Assembly (NCBI RefSeq): GCF_963921235.1
Contig: NC_086097.1
Location: 63,924,001 to 63,988,000 of the forward strand
Length of the DNA: 64,000 bases
Origin: Mobula hypostoma
Taxonomy: Eukaryota
Direction of reading: 5' to 3'
Below the pieces are notes generated by a model, which had not been told where the DNA came from, searched no databases, and was given only the letters and a program-made list of their open reading frames with translations. Positions within the stretch are counted from its first letter, which is position 1. Each line of letters begins with the position of its first letter. Both the position numbers and the translations under genes were made by a program. Below, one piece after another: positions 49,263 through 61,619 of the stretch.

Positions 49263-49954
49263 TCAATATTGGCTGGCTGATATCCCAGAGTCCTCCATTG
49301 TTACCCCTGATTATATAATGGTTCAGTGGTAGATCTAATGCACCAAAGTGGTTTGCAATTAAGAGGTGGTTCTGGGTGTCTTTAGTATTGATTCTGAACC
49401 CTATGGAAATTATCATTAAGCCATATATAGCGAGGTAAACTACCTGATTGGTATCTGCTGCTTCTCTCAGGTAAATTTATTATCCTTCATTTTGAACATG
49501 TAAAACGGAGAGTCAACTATAGTTGGGGATTTCAAAATACTCCTTCAAGAATGGTATGATAGCACTTATACTGAGCATGTTCACCAAGTTGAACAGCAGA
49601 ACTACAATGCAGAGTGTGGTATTTAATGAGAAAATTGACATCAAGGACAAGGCTACTTGCCAGTCTCCCTGTTTTGTGTGCATCTGCTCAAGGCTATTGA
49701 TAGGAGTAACAACACAGTCCCTCAGGGGAAAAGTCCTGCTTTCGTACTAAGGACACCCCAACAAAAAGATGGACAAATCCAATCTTGCAAATTACCACCC
49801 TTCAGTTTACTGTCAGTTACTAGCAAATTAATTGATTGTCAAGAAGTACTAAAAATCTGGATTTAATTACCAAGAACATGAAGCTCAGTGGTAGATTAAA
49901 GATCTAGACCTCCCTGCTAACTGTTAATCTGTTGGGTCTCCAAAATCTAACATC

Positions 49955-51660
49955 TTTATCAGAATGCAATTATCAGCCTATATATAAAAAAAATTAAGGA
50001 AGATATAACAAGATGGAACCTTATTCCTTTTCTTGGTCCACGTTCAAGGATTGAACCTATTAAAATGAATATACTGCCCAGACTGCTGTATCTCTTTCAG
50101 ACCCTACCAACAGAGAATAACCAAAATCAATTCAATGAATGGAACAAGATGCTATCAAGATATATATGGCAAGGTAAAAGGCCTAGAGTTCATCTCAAAA
50201 CTTTGCAATTAGCCAAGGAAAAGGGGGGATGGGGCCTACCTTCTCTTAGAGATTACTATTTTGCAGCACAGTTGAGAGCTGTGCTATGCTGGTGCAATCC
50301 ATCATATGACACTCAATGGAAAAACATTGAGGAAAGGATACTTTCCAGCCCCATACAAGCAATTTTGGCTGATAACAACCTACAAAGTTACATAAATAAT
50401 ATTGATAACCCATGGGTGAAATAGACTCTTAAAATATGCAAAATTATTATAAAAGAATATAAACTAGAGAGAGACATTGCAATTCTTAGATGGTGTGCAT
50501 ATGACTCGGATTTTACGCCGAATAAACTGGATGCTAGATTTAAGGACTGGACAGCTAAAGGAATAACAGCTATTTGCAATATAATGAAAGAAGAAACACT
50601 GTTCAGTTTTGAAATGCTCAAAGAGAAACACTTATTAAAACAAGACTTTTATCGATATTTACAGATGCATCATTATGTTAATAGGACGGTTAAGAATGTA
50701 ACCAAGGCAAGTACATGTTTGATAGAAATATTTAGAAAAGCATATAATTCAGACAACGGTGGTAGAATAATTTCAATCGTGTATAAGGGTTTGTCAAATT
50801 TTAAAACACATTCGACTTCATACATTAAAACAAAATGGGAGACGGAAGGAGGGATAATAATATCTGAGGAAGACTGGACAATAATATGGAGGTATCAATG
50901 GAAGTGTATCAGTTCACAGAAATGGAGGGAGTTCGGGTAGAAAAACTTGATAAGATATTTTATAATACCCTTTCAGAAATCTCATTATGATAGTAACCTC
51001 CCTGTTTGCTGGAGAAATTGTGGAAATCAGAATGCAAACCATTATCATATTTTCTGGGAATGCCCCGTTATCAAAGACTATTGGAGTGGGATACACAATG
51101 CCCTACAAGACATCTTTAAATGTGAAATACCCTTAGAAAGTAAGATCATATATTTTGGGTATATACCTCAAGAATGGTTGAAAAGAGATAAATATTTAAT
51201 GAATATACTGCTGGTGGCTGATAAAAAGACCCTTACTGGGAAATGGTTATCAAAGGAGAGCCCAACTTTAAATGTATGGATAGAAATTATAATGGACATT
51301 TACAAAATGGAGACGATAACAGCATCTGTTGATCACAAGTTGGAACAATTTGATTCATACTGGGAAAAATAGTTTAACTACATAACACCTCATAGGTCTG
51401 ACTTTATTCTCACAAGTCAATGAATATGTTGTAAAAAAAAATCACTCCCTACTCTGTACATAGTTTTCTTCTTTTGATTGTTCTTTCTTTCCTCTCCTTT
51501 CTGTAAGTGTATACCTCAGATAAATATTATGTGGAGATTTGTGACAAATATGACTATATGATAGATATATATACACACACACATACACAGTATCTAGAAT
51601 ACATCTTATGGAAAGTTTTGTTTGATGAACTTCAATAAAAAATAAATTACAAAAAAAACA
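49955..51660 (+). mobile_element. L1-clade LINE 3' part (post-RT region, CCHC finger, poly(A))
   Basis: MNILPRLLYLFQTLP, KEKGGWGLPSL, CWRNCGNQNANHYHIFWEC; AATAAA and A-tail at about 51633-51660. Confidence 0.88.
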
Positions 51661-52699
51661 AAGTTTCATGATTCCTTAAAAGCTCAGTTGTTAGTAGGTC
51701 ATCTGTGTACATCAGGACAATTCTGAAAATTATTCTAATCTATTTAATTCCTTTTGCAGAGGTATTGACTTGAGTTTCTGAAAATACTGCAAACAACTGG
51801 TCAAGCAGCATCTGTAAGAACAGAAACCGTTAACATTTCAGATCACACAAATTCTGATGAATGACCGTACCCTTGAAATGCTAACTCTATTTCTCTCTCC
51901 ACAGATTTTGTCTTACTTACTAAGTGCTTCCAGCATATTTGGCTTTTCTGTTTCAAGTTTCTAATAGCTGCAGTTCTTGGTTTTGCATTGGCATAAATCT
52001 CAAATTACATTACTCTAACACTGGCCCTTCTATTCCTTGTAGCTGCTGGAAGAGAAACCACTACTATTTCAGGTTGAGACAAAAGATTCTGCTGATGCTT
52101 GAAATCTTGAAACACACAACATGCTGCAGAAACTCAACAGGTCAGGCAGCATCTACTACATGAAAAGAACTGTCAGCATTCCAGGCTAAGACCCAGTGAA
52201 TGTAAGGGAGGGGTACGAGTCTGATGTGTTTAAGACCAGGGTATGATCTTTGGGTGGCACAGTGGCGTAGTGGTTGGCGTAACGCTATTACAGTGCCAGC
52301 TATCACCAACAGGGGTTCAATTCCCACTGTTACCTGTAAGAGTTTGTACATTTTCCTCATGACCTCATGGGCTTCCCCCCCCAAGTGCACCTGCTTTCTT
52401 CCTCAGTCCAAAGACAAACACTTGGGGTTAGTGATTGTGGGCATGCAGTGCTGGCACCGGAAGTGTGGCCACATTTGCAGGCTGCCCAGTGTCAATCCTC
52501 ACTTTGACACAAACAACACATTTCACTATGTTTTGATGTACATGTGTTGAATAAAGCTAATCTTTAAAGATTAATCCCTCTTCCTCAGTAACTTCTCCAA
52601 GAGAAATAGAACTTCTACTACTGAAGATTCAGCTCTGCCCCCTCCTTAATCTCAAACTATCCCAGCACATTAACATGCCCCTCTCTTTTTCACTATCCC

Positions 52700-54310
52700 C
52701 TAATTCCTTCTTGACAAATATTGGTATAAGTGCTCATTTAGTACCTTGGTCACTTACTCTGACTCCAAGTACAAATTCCTTCTTCTATCCTGGAGTGGAC
52801 CTCCCTCTCCTTAGTTATCTTCTCTCAATGTAAGTATAAAACGCTTTGGGATTCTCCTTGATCTTGCTCACCAGAATATTTCATGGTCTCTTTTAGCCTT
52901 CTCAATTGACTGCTTAGAACTTCCCTAGTATCTTTACATTCCACCAGGGCCAAGTCTGATTTTAGTTTCCTAAACCTTGCTCATGCTTCCATTTTCCTTC
53001 CTGACTAAATTTCATTCTTTCAGGTCATCCAAAATTCCCTTACCTTACCATCCTTGTGCTGCCTTCATACTGGAACATGCTGGTCCTGAATTCTGATCAG
53101 CTGGTCTCTTTTTTTTTCCGGAAAAAAAAAAGTCCTCAAAACTAGGTCTTGTACGTCTCTCCTCTAGTTGAACTCTCCACATACTCTTGCAAAAACCTTT
53201 ATTGGATTCATTAAAGAAATCCCACCCCCTTTTAAGTTTGTTGTGTTAAGTGAAGTCCAATTAAAACTGGGGAAGTTAATATCCCTACCATTACAATACT
53301 GTTGCGTCTGCATCTTTCCATAATCTGTCTATATCTGTTCCTCCACTCTATTGGGAGACCTATAATATCCTATCAGCCTAATTGTATCTGTCCTGTTTGA
53401 GCTCCATTCAAATTGCCTCAGTGGATAAACCCTCCACTATGTCACCAGAGTACTGCTGTGATATTCATCCCTATAAATAATGCGACCCCACACCCCTAAA
53501 GACAATGAAACTCAGAAACATCGAGCAGCCAGTCCTGTTCTCATGCAACCAGGTGTGTCTAATGCAAACTCATTGTAATTCCATAGACTGATCCAGGCTC
53601 TGCTTTCATCCTCCTTTCCTATAATACTGGTTTTGAAATAAACACATTTATTAGCCTGGCCCTTGCTGTCCTTTCTCACAGTTTTATTTGTCGTACCATT
53701 TTTCTTGCTTTCAATCCTACCACCTGTTTCCATGCCACTGTGGTTCCCATCTCCCTGGCACGCTCATTTAAACCCTCCTGAGGGGCACTACCAAACTTCA
53801 CAGTGAGGGTTTTGCTTCCTGGACTGTTCAGGTGCAATTTCCCTTGTACTAGTCCCACCTGCTAAGGAAGAGTTAGCAGCTGTTGATCCATATATCGAAG
53901 CCCTTCCTGCTCCAGCTCTGGAGCCACATATTGAACTGCACCATGTATCAATTTCTCACCTCATTAGCAGTAATCCTGAGATTACAACTCTGGTAGTCCT
54001 GTGCTTTAGCTTTCTAACCAGCTCTGTAAAATCACTTTGCAGGATCTCATCCCTGCTGCTGCCTATGTCAATGGTACCTATAATGGACATGGCTGCTCAC
54101 CTTCCCCTCTCAAAATATCCTGTACTTACTGCGAGACACCCTTGACCCTGGCACCAGAGAGGCACTGCATAATCCTGGACTCTCATTTGCAGCACCTATC
54201 TGCGCACCTTACTCTCAAGGTCCCTTTCGCTATTGCTCTGCCTGTCTTTATCTTTTCCTCAGCTGGGCATGTTGTCTCTGACCCTGCTACAGGTACTGGC
54301 CTCTGAAAGG
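52700..54310 (-). mobile_element. Old degenerate CR1-like LINE
   Basis: Patchy similarity to the ORF1/endonuclease region of the 10.4-13.9 kb copy. Confidence 0.5.
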
Positions 54311-57187
54311 TCATCCTCAATATCCTCAATATCAAGCCTCACTCAGTCCAGGCAGCCACAGATCAATTTGATAAAAGGGAGAACAGGATTACTGCAGAAT
54401 AGGGGGAAAAATAAAGTGATTGCAATGCATTGCTAAATATAGGTAATGAACTAGAAGAATTAAGAGCAGTTGTATCACAGGGCAACAATTTATTAGGACA
54501 ACAGAAGATCTGGTACTGAGTGGAAATAGAAAGGAACACATTGCCCCAGATTTTGTAGCAGGAATAACAGTGGTCACCATTATTTAAGAATAAGTTAAAC
54601 AGCACTATCTAGCATCCATTCACATATTCAATGCATGTGGAAATCAGGAAATTGATGTCTGATTTTTTTTTTCCTCTGCTCAATTCCTTGATATTCTGAA
54701 ACCTCACTGGAGAGTCGTCATTAGACATATAGCATGTATACAGTGCTTGCTGCACAAAAAAACAAAAACTATCTGGAAAAGGTTGAGCTTGTATGTTCAA
54801 CTGCAGATGAATATTTGTGTAAAACTTAGTAGTGTACTTGTCTATGATGTGCTGTGCCGTTTGTATTTACAGTTAATGTTCATTTATTACTTGTCCTAAA
54901 TTGCCAATCAATTGCTAGGCTTTTTCAGGGGGCAGTTAAGAGACAACTGCGTTGATATGTATGGGGTTATATTTGGGCCTGACTGGGTAAGCACAAAAGA
55001 TTAACATTTCTGAAGAACATTGAAGTACCAAATACATAGATTTTATAACAGTCCAATAGTTTTTTATGCTCAAAATTACTGATATTGGCTTTCCAAAAAG
55101 CAAGTAAATAACATACACTGTAATAGATATGTCTTTCATTGCTCTGAAATTGCTGGCTTCATGCATCAATGCAATACTCTTCCTCTGTAACTAAGTCTTT
55201 TGCTGAGAGGCTGGCTTCCAGCACTTCAAGGTGGCCCATTGCAACAAAGGGGATCACTCAGCCCAGGCAGTTGCTGACTCACTTTGATGGTTGGTGAGCC
55301 TTTGCTCCAAGCCTGTCAATGTAATCGGAGCTATTGAATGCTTGTGAGGTTCTTTGACATTCAGTAACATGCGAAAAGTCTCTGCGGGGAGGGGGAGGGA
55401 ATAAAATGTTAATTTTTTTTTACATGTGCCACTTTAAAGACATCCACGTGGATGAAATCTATTTTAAACCAGCATGAAACTAATTTAAATAAATAGTTTA
55501 ATAAGTTATTGCTAACTCTTTTCCTCCAACATTTGCTCTCTCCCACTCATTTGAAAGAGGGCTGCTGGTCTTATGTTGTGTTTAACCCAGCATAAACTCA
55601 GTGGGGTGTGTTCTGAGTTTGAGAACTGGGAAATGTTCAGATGTTTGCTTGGAGCTGCACGTTGTCACTGGTGATGTAGGCTGATGTAAGCAATGGAAAC
55701 TAGATTTCCAGTGGAATTAATCCTGGTATAAATGTTAGTTTAACAGTGGAGGATCTGCTTCAATCACTTCTTCACATACATTTTTCTAAACTTTTAACTA
55801 CAAAAGTGACTTCACTGGTTTTGCTTGACATAATGGCTGCACTTATACTGCTCTTCTGCTGACCCCAGCAGACTTTGCGTTATGGGAGTAGTTCATTTCA
55901 GCTGGCAATGATTCAGTGCTCCAATCAACTTCAGTGTTTCTAAATTTAAAAAAAGATGAAATTAATTTAAAGGTTCAAATACGATTTCTTTCCAAAATGC
56001 TTATTACAGCAGGTTTCTATACAAGCCACAGTTAAGGAAGGGTCTCAGCAATAATGTGTACTAAGATTAAATTGGTTGCTAAGTCCCCATTGAGACGAGT
56101 ATATGAATAAGGTATTTGGATTGCTAATCAGTTTATCATTGTCACATGTGAAGAGATACAGTGAAAAGCTTTTGCTTGCATGCCATCTAGACAGATCATT
56201 CTGCATGTAAATTCACTGAGACAGCAGAAAATGGGGGGAGCAGGATACAGAATATAATATTACAATTACAGAGGAACTGCAGTGCATGTAGACCAAATAA
56301 AGTGGATGGGCCATGATGACTTCTATTGGGAGGCGAAGGATTCATTAAGCTGTAGCCTTGGAGAAACTGGCACATTCAGAAAATACTGAAAGGAAAATAA
56401 CCATCATTGGATCACTATTGAAAGTTTACTAAAAGTAGAAGTCTTGGCTGATTTAATTCCTCCATTCCCAAAACTGCTACCTATCCCAATTAAATCTTGA
56501 ATTGGCAGAATTGAATGACTTGGTGACACTGGATTTTTGAAAACTTCCTCAGACTAATTTTTTTTTACAAGCTCTGCACAAAATGATACATATTCATTGG
56601 ACTAATACTGATTTGTATATGAATATTTGTAAGTGCACTAACAGATTATTCTAAAGTTCAAAGTAAATTTATTATCAAAGTACATCGGTCACCATATTCA
56701 ACCCTGAGATTCATCTTCTTACAGGCATTCACAGTAAGTTCAAGAAACGCTGTCCCCAACAGGACGGACGAACAGCCAATGTGCAAAAGATGACAAACTG
56801 TGCAAATACTAATAATAATAAGAAATAAATATTGAGATATGAGATGAAAAGTCCTTGAAAGTGGGTCTATAGGCTGAGGGAACAGTTTAATGTTGGAACA
56901 AGTGAAGTTATCCCCCTGGTTCAAGAGCCTGATGGTTGAGGGGTAATAACTGTTCTTGAAACCAGTGGTGCGGGTTCTGAGGCTCCCATACCTCCTTCAA
57001 AGATTCAAAGTACATTTATTATCAAAGAATGTATAAGTTATACACCTTGACATTTGTCTGCTTACAGGCAGCCACAAAGCTTAATCCCTAATGGCAGCAG
57101 TGAGAAGAGAGCATGGTCTGGGTGGTGCTTTCCTACTCTGTGTAGATGTGCTCAATGGTGGGGAATGCTTTATCAGTGTTAGGGCAG

Positions 57188-57625
57188 ATTCAGTCAGTCA
57201 GTGGGTGCCGTCCCAAATCCGGGATGGGTGGCTATGCACCTCCATCTTCTTCGATCTTGGGACAGCACCGAGTACAGCCTCTCCTCCAGTTTGTTCTCGC
57301 TGGCCGCCTTGGCACGCCCACCACTGCCCCCGCCGATCTCAAGCCCGAGGCCATGTTGGCCTCCGGCCATGGCCGCTTCTTCAAGCTCGGCCCTTCCTTG
57401 GGCAGGTCCGGGCACACGGTGCAGCGCCCCCAAGTTCATCATATCTCTTCTAACATAGCATATGATTTTTAGACACACGGTGAGGCTTTAATCTCTTTCA
57501 CAGAAGATGGTCGTTGGCTCACAAGGAGCTCATTCACCCTTTGTCAGGTCTCGTCTTTTTTAGTCCTGCTGGGTGTCCTCACACCCTCCTCACCAGACTA
57601 AGTCCAGTGGGGGAGCCCGCCCAAG
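57188..57625 (-). mobile_element. Internally deleted RTE-like remnant hosting a captured gene fragment
   Basis: RRDMMNLG...QDRRRWR RTE-type C-terminus and (CTGA)n tail on minus strand. Confidence 0.5.
57262..57425 (-). pseudogene. Circularly permuted fragment of a CYHR1/ZFTRAF1-like first coding exon
   Basis: Encodes CTVCPDLPK then ...[12 protein letters not shown]; recalled CYHR1 reads [20 protein letters not shown]. Confidence 0.75.
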
Positions 57626-57730
57626 TCGTCGACCACTCGACCACGGTCCCCGGCCGAGCACCGGGCACCCGCCCCCCACCGAATCTCTCCAAGCATCCGG
57701 CACCTGACCGAAAACCATGGTCGAGTGAAG

Positions 57731-57774
57731 TTGCACTGATGATGTTGCCTACTTAGGTAACGAAATGTCTGCAA
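57731..57774 (+). ncRNA. Minimal type-I hammerhead ribozyme with intact core
   Basis: ttgca-CTGATGA-t-gttgcct actt aggtaac-GAAA-t-GTC-tgcaa; stem I 5 bp, stem II 7 bp. Confidence 0.8.
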
Positions 57775-59049
57775 GCTAATAAGCCAGCTCAGCGAGCTAC
57801 TCAACAATAATCAGTTTATCATTGTCACATGTGAAGAGATACAGATTATGGAACAATGATTCCTGAGAGAAACAAGTTACCACTTCTTTCTCAAAGTACA
57901 AGCAAGCATGCGAGTCAGTTACTTGTAGCTGGGTATGGTTAGTTAGTTGGCAATTTACCAAGAACAGACAGTACTGCTGTCGTGGCAGAAATGGCTTGAC
58001 CCTTTGGTCCCTAATCGGTAATAATGCCTTAAATTTTCTTCCACAGTGGGGAAGGCTTTATCAGTGATGGACTAGGCCATATCCACAACGTTTTGAGGGC
58101 CTTTCCATTCAAGGCAATTGTTGTTTTGATACCAGGCCAAGACACAACCAGTCAATATACCCTCCTCCACACATCAATAGAAGTTTTGTCAAATGTTTAG
58201 ATGACATGACAAATCTTCGCAAACTTCTAAGAAAGTAGAGGCATTGCTGTGCTTTCTTCATAATAGCACTTGCATGCTGGATCTGGAACAGATTCTCTGA
58301 AATGATAGCACTGAGGAATTTAAAGTTGCTGACCCTCTGCAACTCTAACCCCGATGAGAAATGGCTCATGGACGTATGGTTTTCTCCTCCTGAAGTCAAT
58401 AATCAGCTCTTGCTGACCTTGAGTGAGAGATTGTTGTAGCACCACTCGGTCAGATTTTCAGTCTGTCTCCTATATGCTGATTTGTCACCACCTTTGACTT
58501 GGCCAGTGAGAGTGATGTCATCGACAAACTTAAGCATGACCCTGGAGCTGTGCTTAGCCACACAGTCATAAGTATAAAGTGAGTAAAGCAGGGGGTTAAG
58601 CCCACATCCCTGCAGTGCTCCTGTGCTGGTGGAGATTGTGGAGGAGATGTTTTTGCCAATCCAAACTGGCTGGGGTCTGCAAGTGAGGAAATTGAGGATC
58701 TATTTGCATAAAGAGGAATTAAGGGCAAGGCTTTAAAGCTTATTGATAGTTTTAAGGGGATAATATTATTGAACGCTGAGCTGTAGTCAATGAAGAGCAT
58801 CCTGATGTATGCATCTTCACTGTCCAGATGTTCCAGGTTTGAGTGAAGAGCCAATTAAATAGAATGTACTGCTGACCTGTTGTGCTGGTAAGCAAACTGG
58901 AGTGGATCCAAGTTGCTTCTCAGGCAGGAGTTGATGTAGGAGAGTATTCCACATATTTCCATAGTCTACCTGCATATACAATGATTTTATATTCTTTGTT
59001 AGAAAAGATTTGTAGCTCGGATTGAGGATGTTGTACATGTCATTTGAAG

Positions 59050-59093
59050 TTGCATTGATGATGTTGCCTCCTTGGGTAACGAAATGTCTGCAA
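59050..59093 (+). ncRNA. Second copy of the hammerhead motif (core C3 changed to U)
   Basis: ttgca-TTGATGA-t-gttgcct cctt gggtaac-GAAA-t-GTC-tgcaa. Confidence 0.6.
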
Positions 59094-59173
59094 GCTAATA
59101 AGCCAGCTCGGCGAGCTACTCAAGAGCATTTTATATTCTGCCAGCACAATGTATGTTTTCAATTTTTGTTTAG

Positions 59174-59281
59174 GAATTGCAAGATTTCCAGTCCTTCATG
59201 AAAAATCGTTTGCCTTTTGATGTTGTAATTGATGGATTAAATGTCGCCAACATCTCAGCTAAGGGTATGCAGTCCAGAATT
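59174..59281 (+). CDS. PRORP: PRORP exon starting the NYN metallonuclease domain (ELQDFQSFMKNRLPFDVVIDGLNVANISAKGMQSRI); gene continues beyond window
   Basis: tgtttag / gtgagt; 108 nt; PFDVVIDGLNVA catalytic-Asp motif. Confidence 0.94.
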
Positions 59282-60149
59282 GTGAGTATTCAATACAGAA
59301 TATTTAACAACACCCTTTATTTGATTTTTATCTGCAAGCTGATGCAAATGTTTGTATACTATGTTAAAACTTTATTTCTTATATTCAGTTTATTTAGCAA
59401 TGTAGTGCAGAGTAGGCTCTTCTGGCCCTCTGAGCCCTGCCAACCCCAGCAATCCCCACAAACCCAATCAACCCTAACCTAATCATGGGACAATTTACAA
59501 TTACCAATTAACCTACCTGGTACATTTTTCGATTGTGGGAGGAAACCAGAGCATCTGGAGAAAACCATGGGGCAGATGTACAGAAGCTAATTATAGAACG
59601 GTACGGAATCGAACTCCAAACTCTGGAACGCCCCAAGCGGTAATAGCCTTGTGCTAACCACTACGCTACACTACCATGGCACACCAGATAGCATCAAGTT
59701 AAGCACAGCCAACATTTATTTATATTTTTAGCTTCATCGTGTAGTGGCATAGTGCACTGCCCCTATGAGATACCGTAGACAGAAATGTACATGACTCTGG
59801 GCAGGAGTTCTGAGAAAATCCTTGTGGGTCAACTTGCTTCTGGTGGCACACTTGCGTGTTGAAATGCAGAAGCCAGAGCTGAGCTAGAAGTCAGACGCTG
59901 GTGAGCTCAATGCTTTGCATTTAGCTTCTGACCTGGTACAGGTAAAATCCAATGCTGTCTACATGTTCATTCAGTTAGAAATAGAAACGTCAATATAAAT
60001 AGTAAAGTTTCACTTTTAGGTTCTGACACTAATCAACATATAATCAATAATAAAATGCTTGTACACTCTTGATCTCTGCAGATATTTTATTTCTCCAACT
60101 GATTTTTCATCCTTCCTTTATAATTGCTTTGCTCCTTTGCATTACTTTA

Positions 60150-61097
60150 GACCATAAGACATGAGAGCAGAATTTGGCCTTTCGGCCCTTCAAGTCTACC
60201 CCACTGTTGCATCATGGCTGATTTATTGTCCCACTCAACCCCTTCTCCTGCCTTCTCCCTGTAATCTTTGATGTCCTCACCAAAAACCTATCAACATCCA
60301 TTTTAAACGTACCCAATGACTTGGCCTCCACAGATTCACCACTCTCACCATCTCTGTTCTAAAGGGACATTCTTGTATTCTGAGGCTGTGGCTTCTGATC
60401 CTAGACTCCCCCACTATAGGAAACATCCTTTCCACATACACTCATCTAGTCCTTTCAATATTCGATAGACTGCAATGTGAACTCCTCCCGCGCCCCCCCC
60501 CACCAAAATCCTTCTAAACTCCAGTGAATACAGGTCCAGAGCCATCAAATGCTCCTGATATATTAACCCTTTCTTTCCCATGATGATTCTAATGAACCTC
60601 CTCTGGACACTCTCCAATGCCAGCACATCCTTTCGTAGCTAAGGGTCCCAAAAATGCTCACAATGCTTTAAGTGTGGTCTGACTATTACCTTAAAAAGCT
60701 TCAGCATTACAACCTTGCTTTTATATTCTAGTCCTCTCAAAATGAATGCTCTCAAATTGGCTTCTTTACCACCGACTCCACCTGCAAGTTTAACCTTCAG
60801 GGAATCCTACTTGAGGACTCCCAAGTCCAATTGCACCTGTGATTTCAGAATTTCATCCCTATTTAGAAAATAGTCTACACCTTCACAGTATTCCTTCTAC
60901 TAAAGTGCATGACCATCCACTTCCCCACACTTATTCCATTTCAAACACATTTCACGACATATGCCAATGACATTAAATTCGGATGTGCCACTTTTTGCCT
61001 AATCTCCTAATCTGTTTAGTCATTCTGCAGACTCCCTGCTTCCTCAGGATTACCTGCCCCTCCACCTATCTCTGTATCGTTTGCAAACTTGGCTACT
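60150..61097 (-). mobile_element. CR1-clade LINE 3' fragment
   Basis: ALESVQRRFIRII..LDLYSLEFRR and CR1 3' UTR. Confidence 0.85.
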
Positions 61098-61619
61098 TTA
61101 ATTGATTTTATCAATGGTATTTAACAATATAATCTGTATATACTATATTGCAAATCTTGTATTGATCAAATATTGTGTGCACTTCTCCCTGATAAATTCC
61201 AACGAGTATGTTTTGTAGTAGAACTGCAAAAACAAAATTCTCAACAGCAGGAATGCATGATTGTAACAGGTCATATATTCGTCAATATCTACTGTAATGT
61301 GTGTATGTGAACAAGAGACATTACACTGGAACTATAAATGGGGCAACAAAACAGGACTGCATGACTTTAAAACAAGAACTGACCACTTGTGAAGTCCATT
61401 TATTTTTTGCCCTATTATTGCTCTGTGCACTTTCCATTTCCCAGGAACAGTGCCCTGGGTTGCTCATCTTGTATAGTTACTTGAAAACACAGATACTTGT
61501 TACTTGTGAAACTCATTACCTAATTTTCATCTTGGGGACATGACAATGTCTGTAGTATATCTGAAAATATGATCTCACAAGGTGTATTATGTCGAAGTTG
61601 CATTCTATAGTTTGTTCTA

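Larger units (their letters stand above)
56655..58950 (-). mobile_element. Rex/Babar LINE remnant(s) interrupted by a composite insertion at about 57179-58045
   Basis: [29 protein letters not shown]; 21-bp duplication at 57158-57178 and 58046-58066. Confidence 0.75.
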
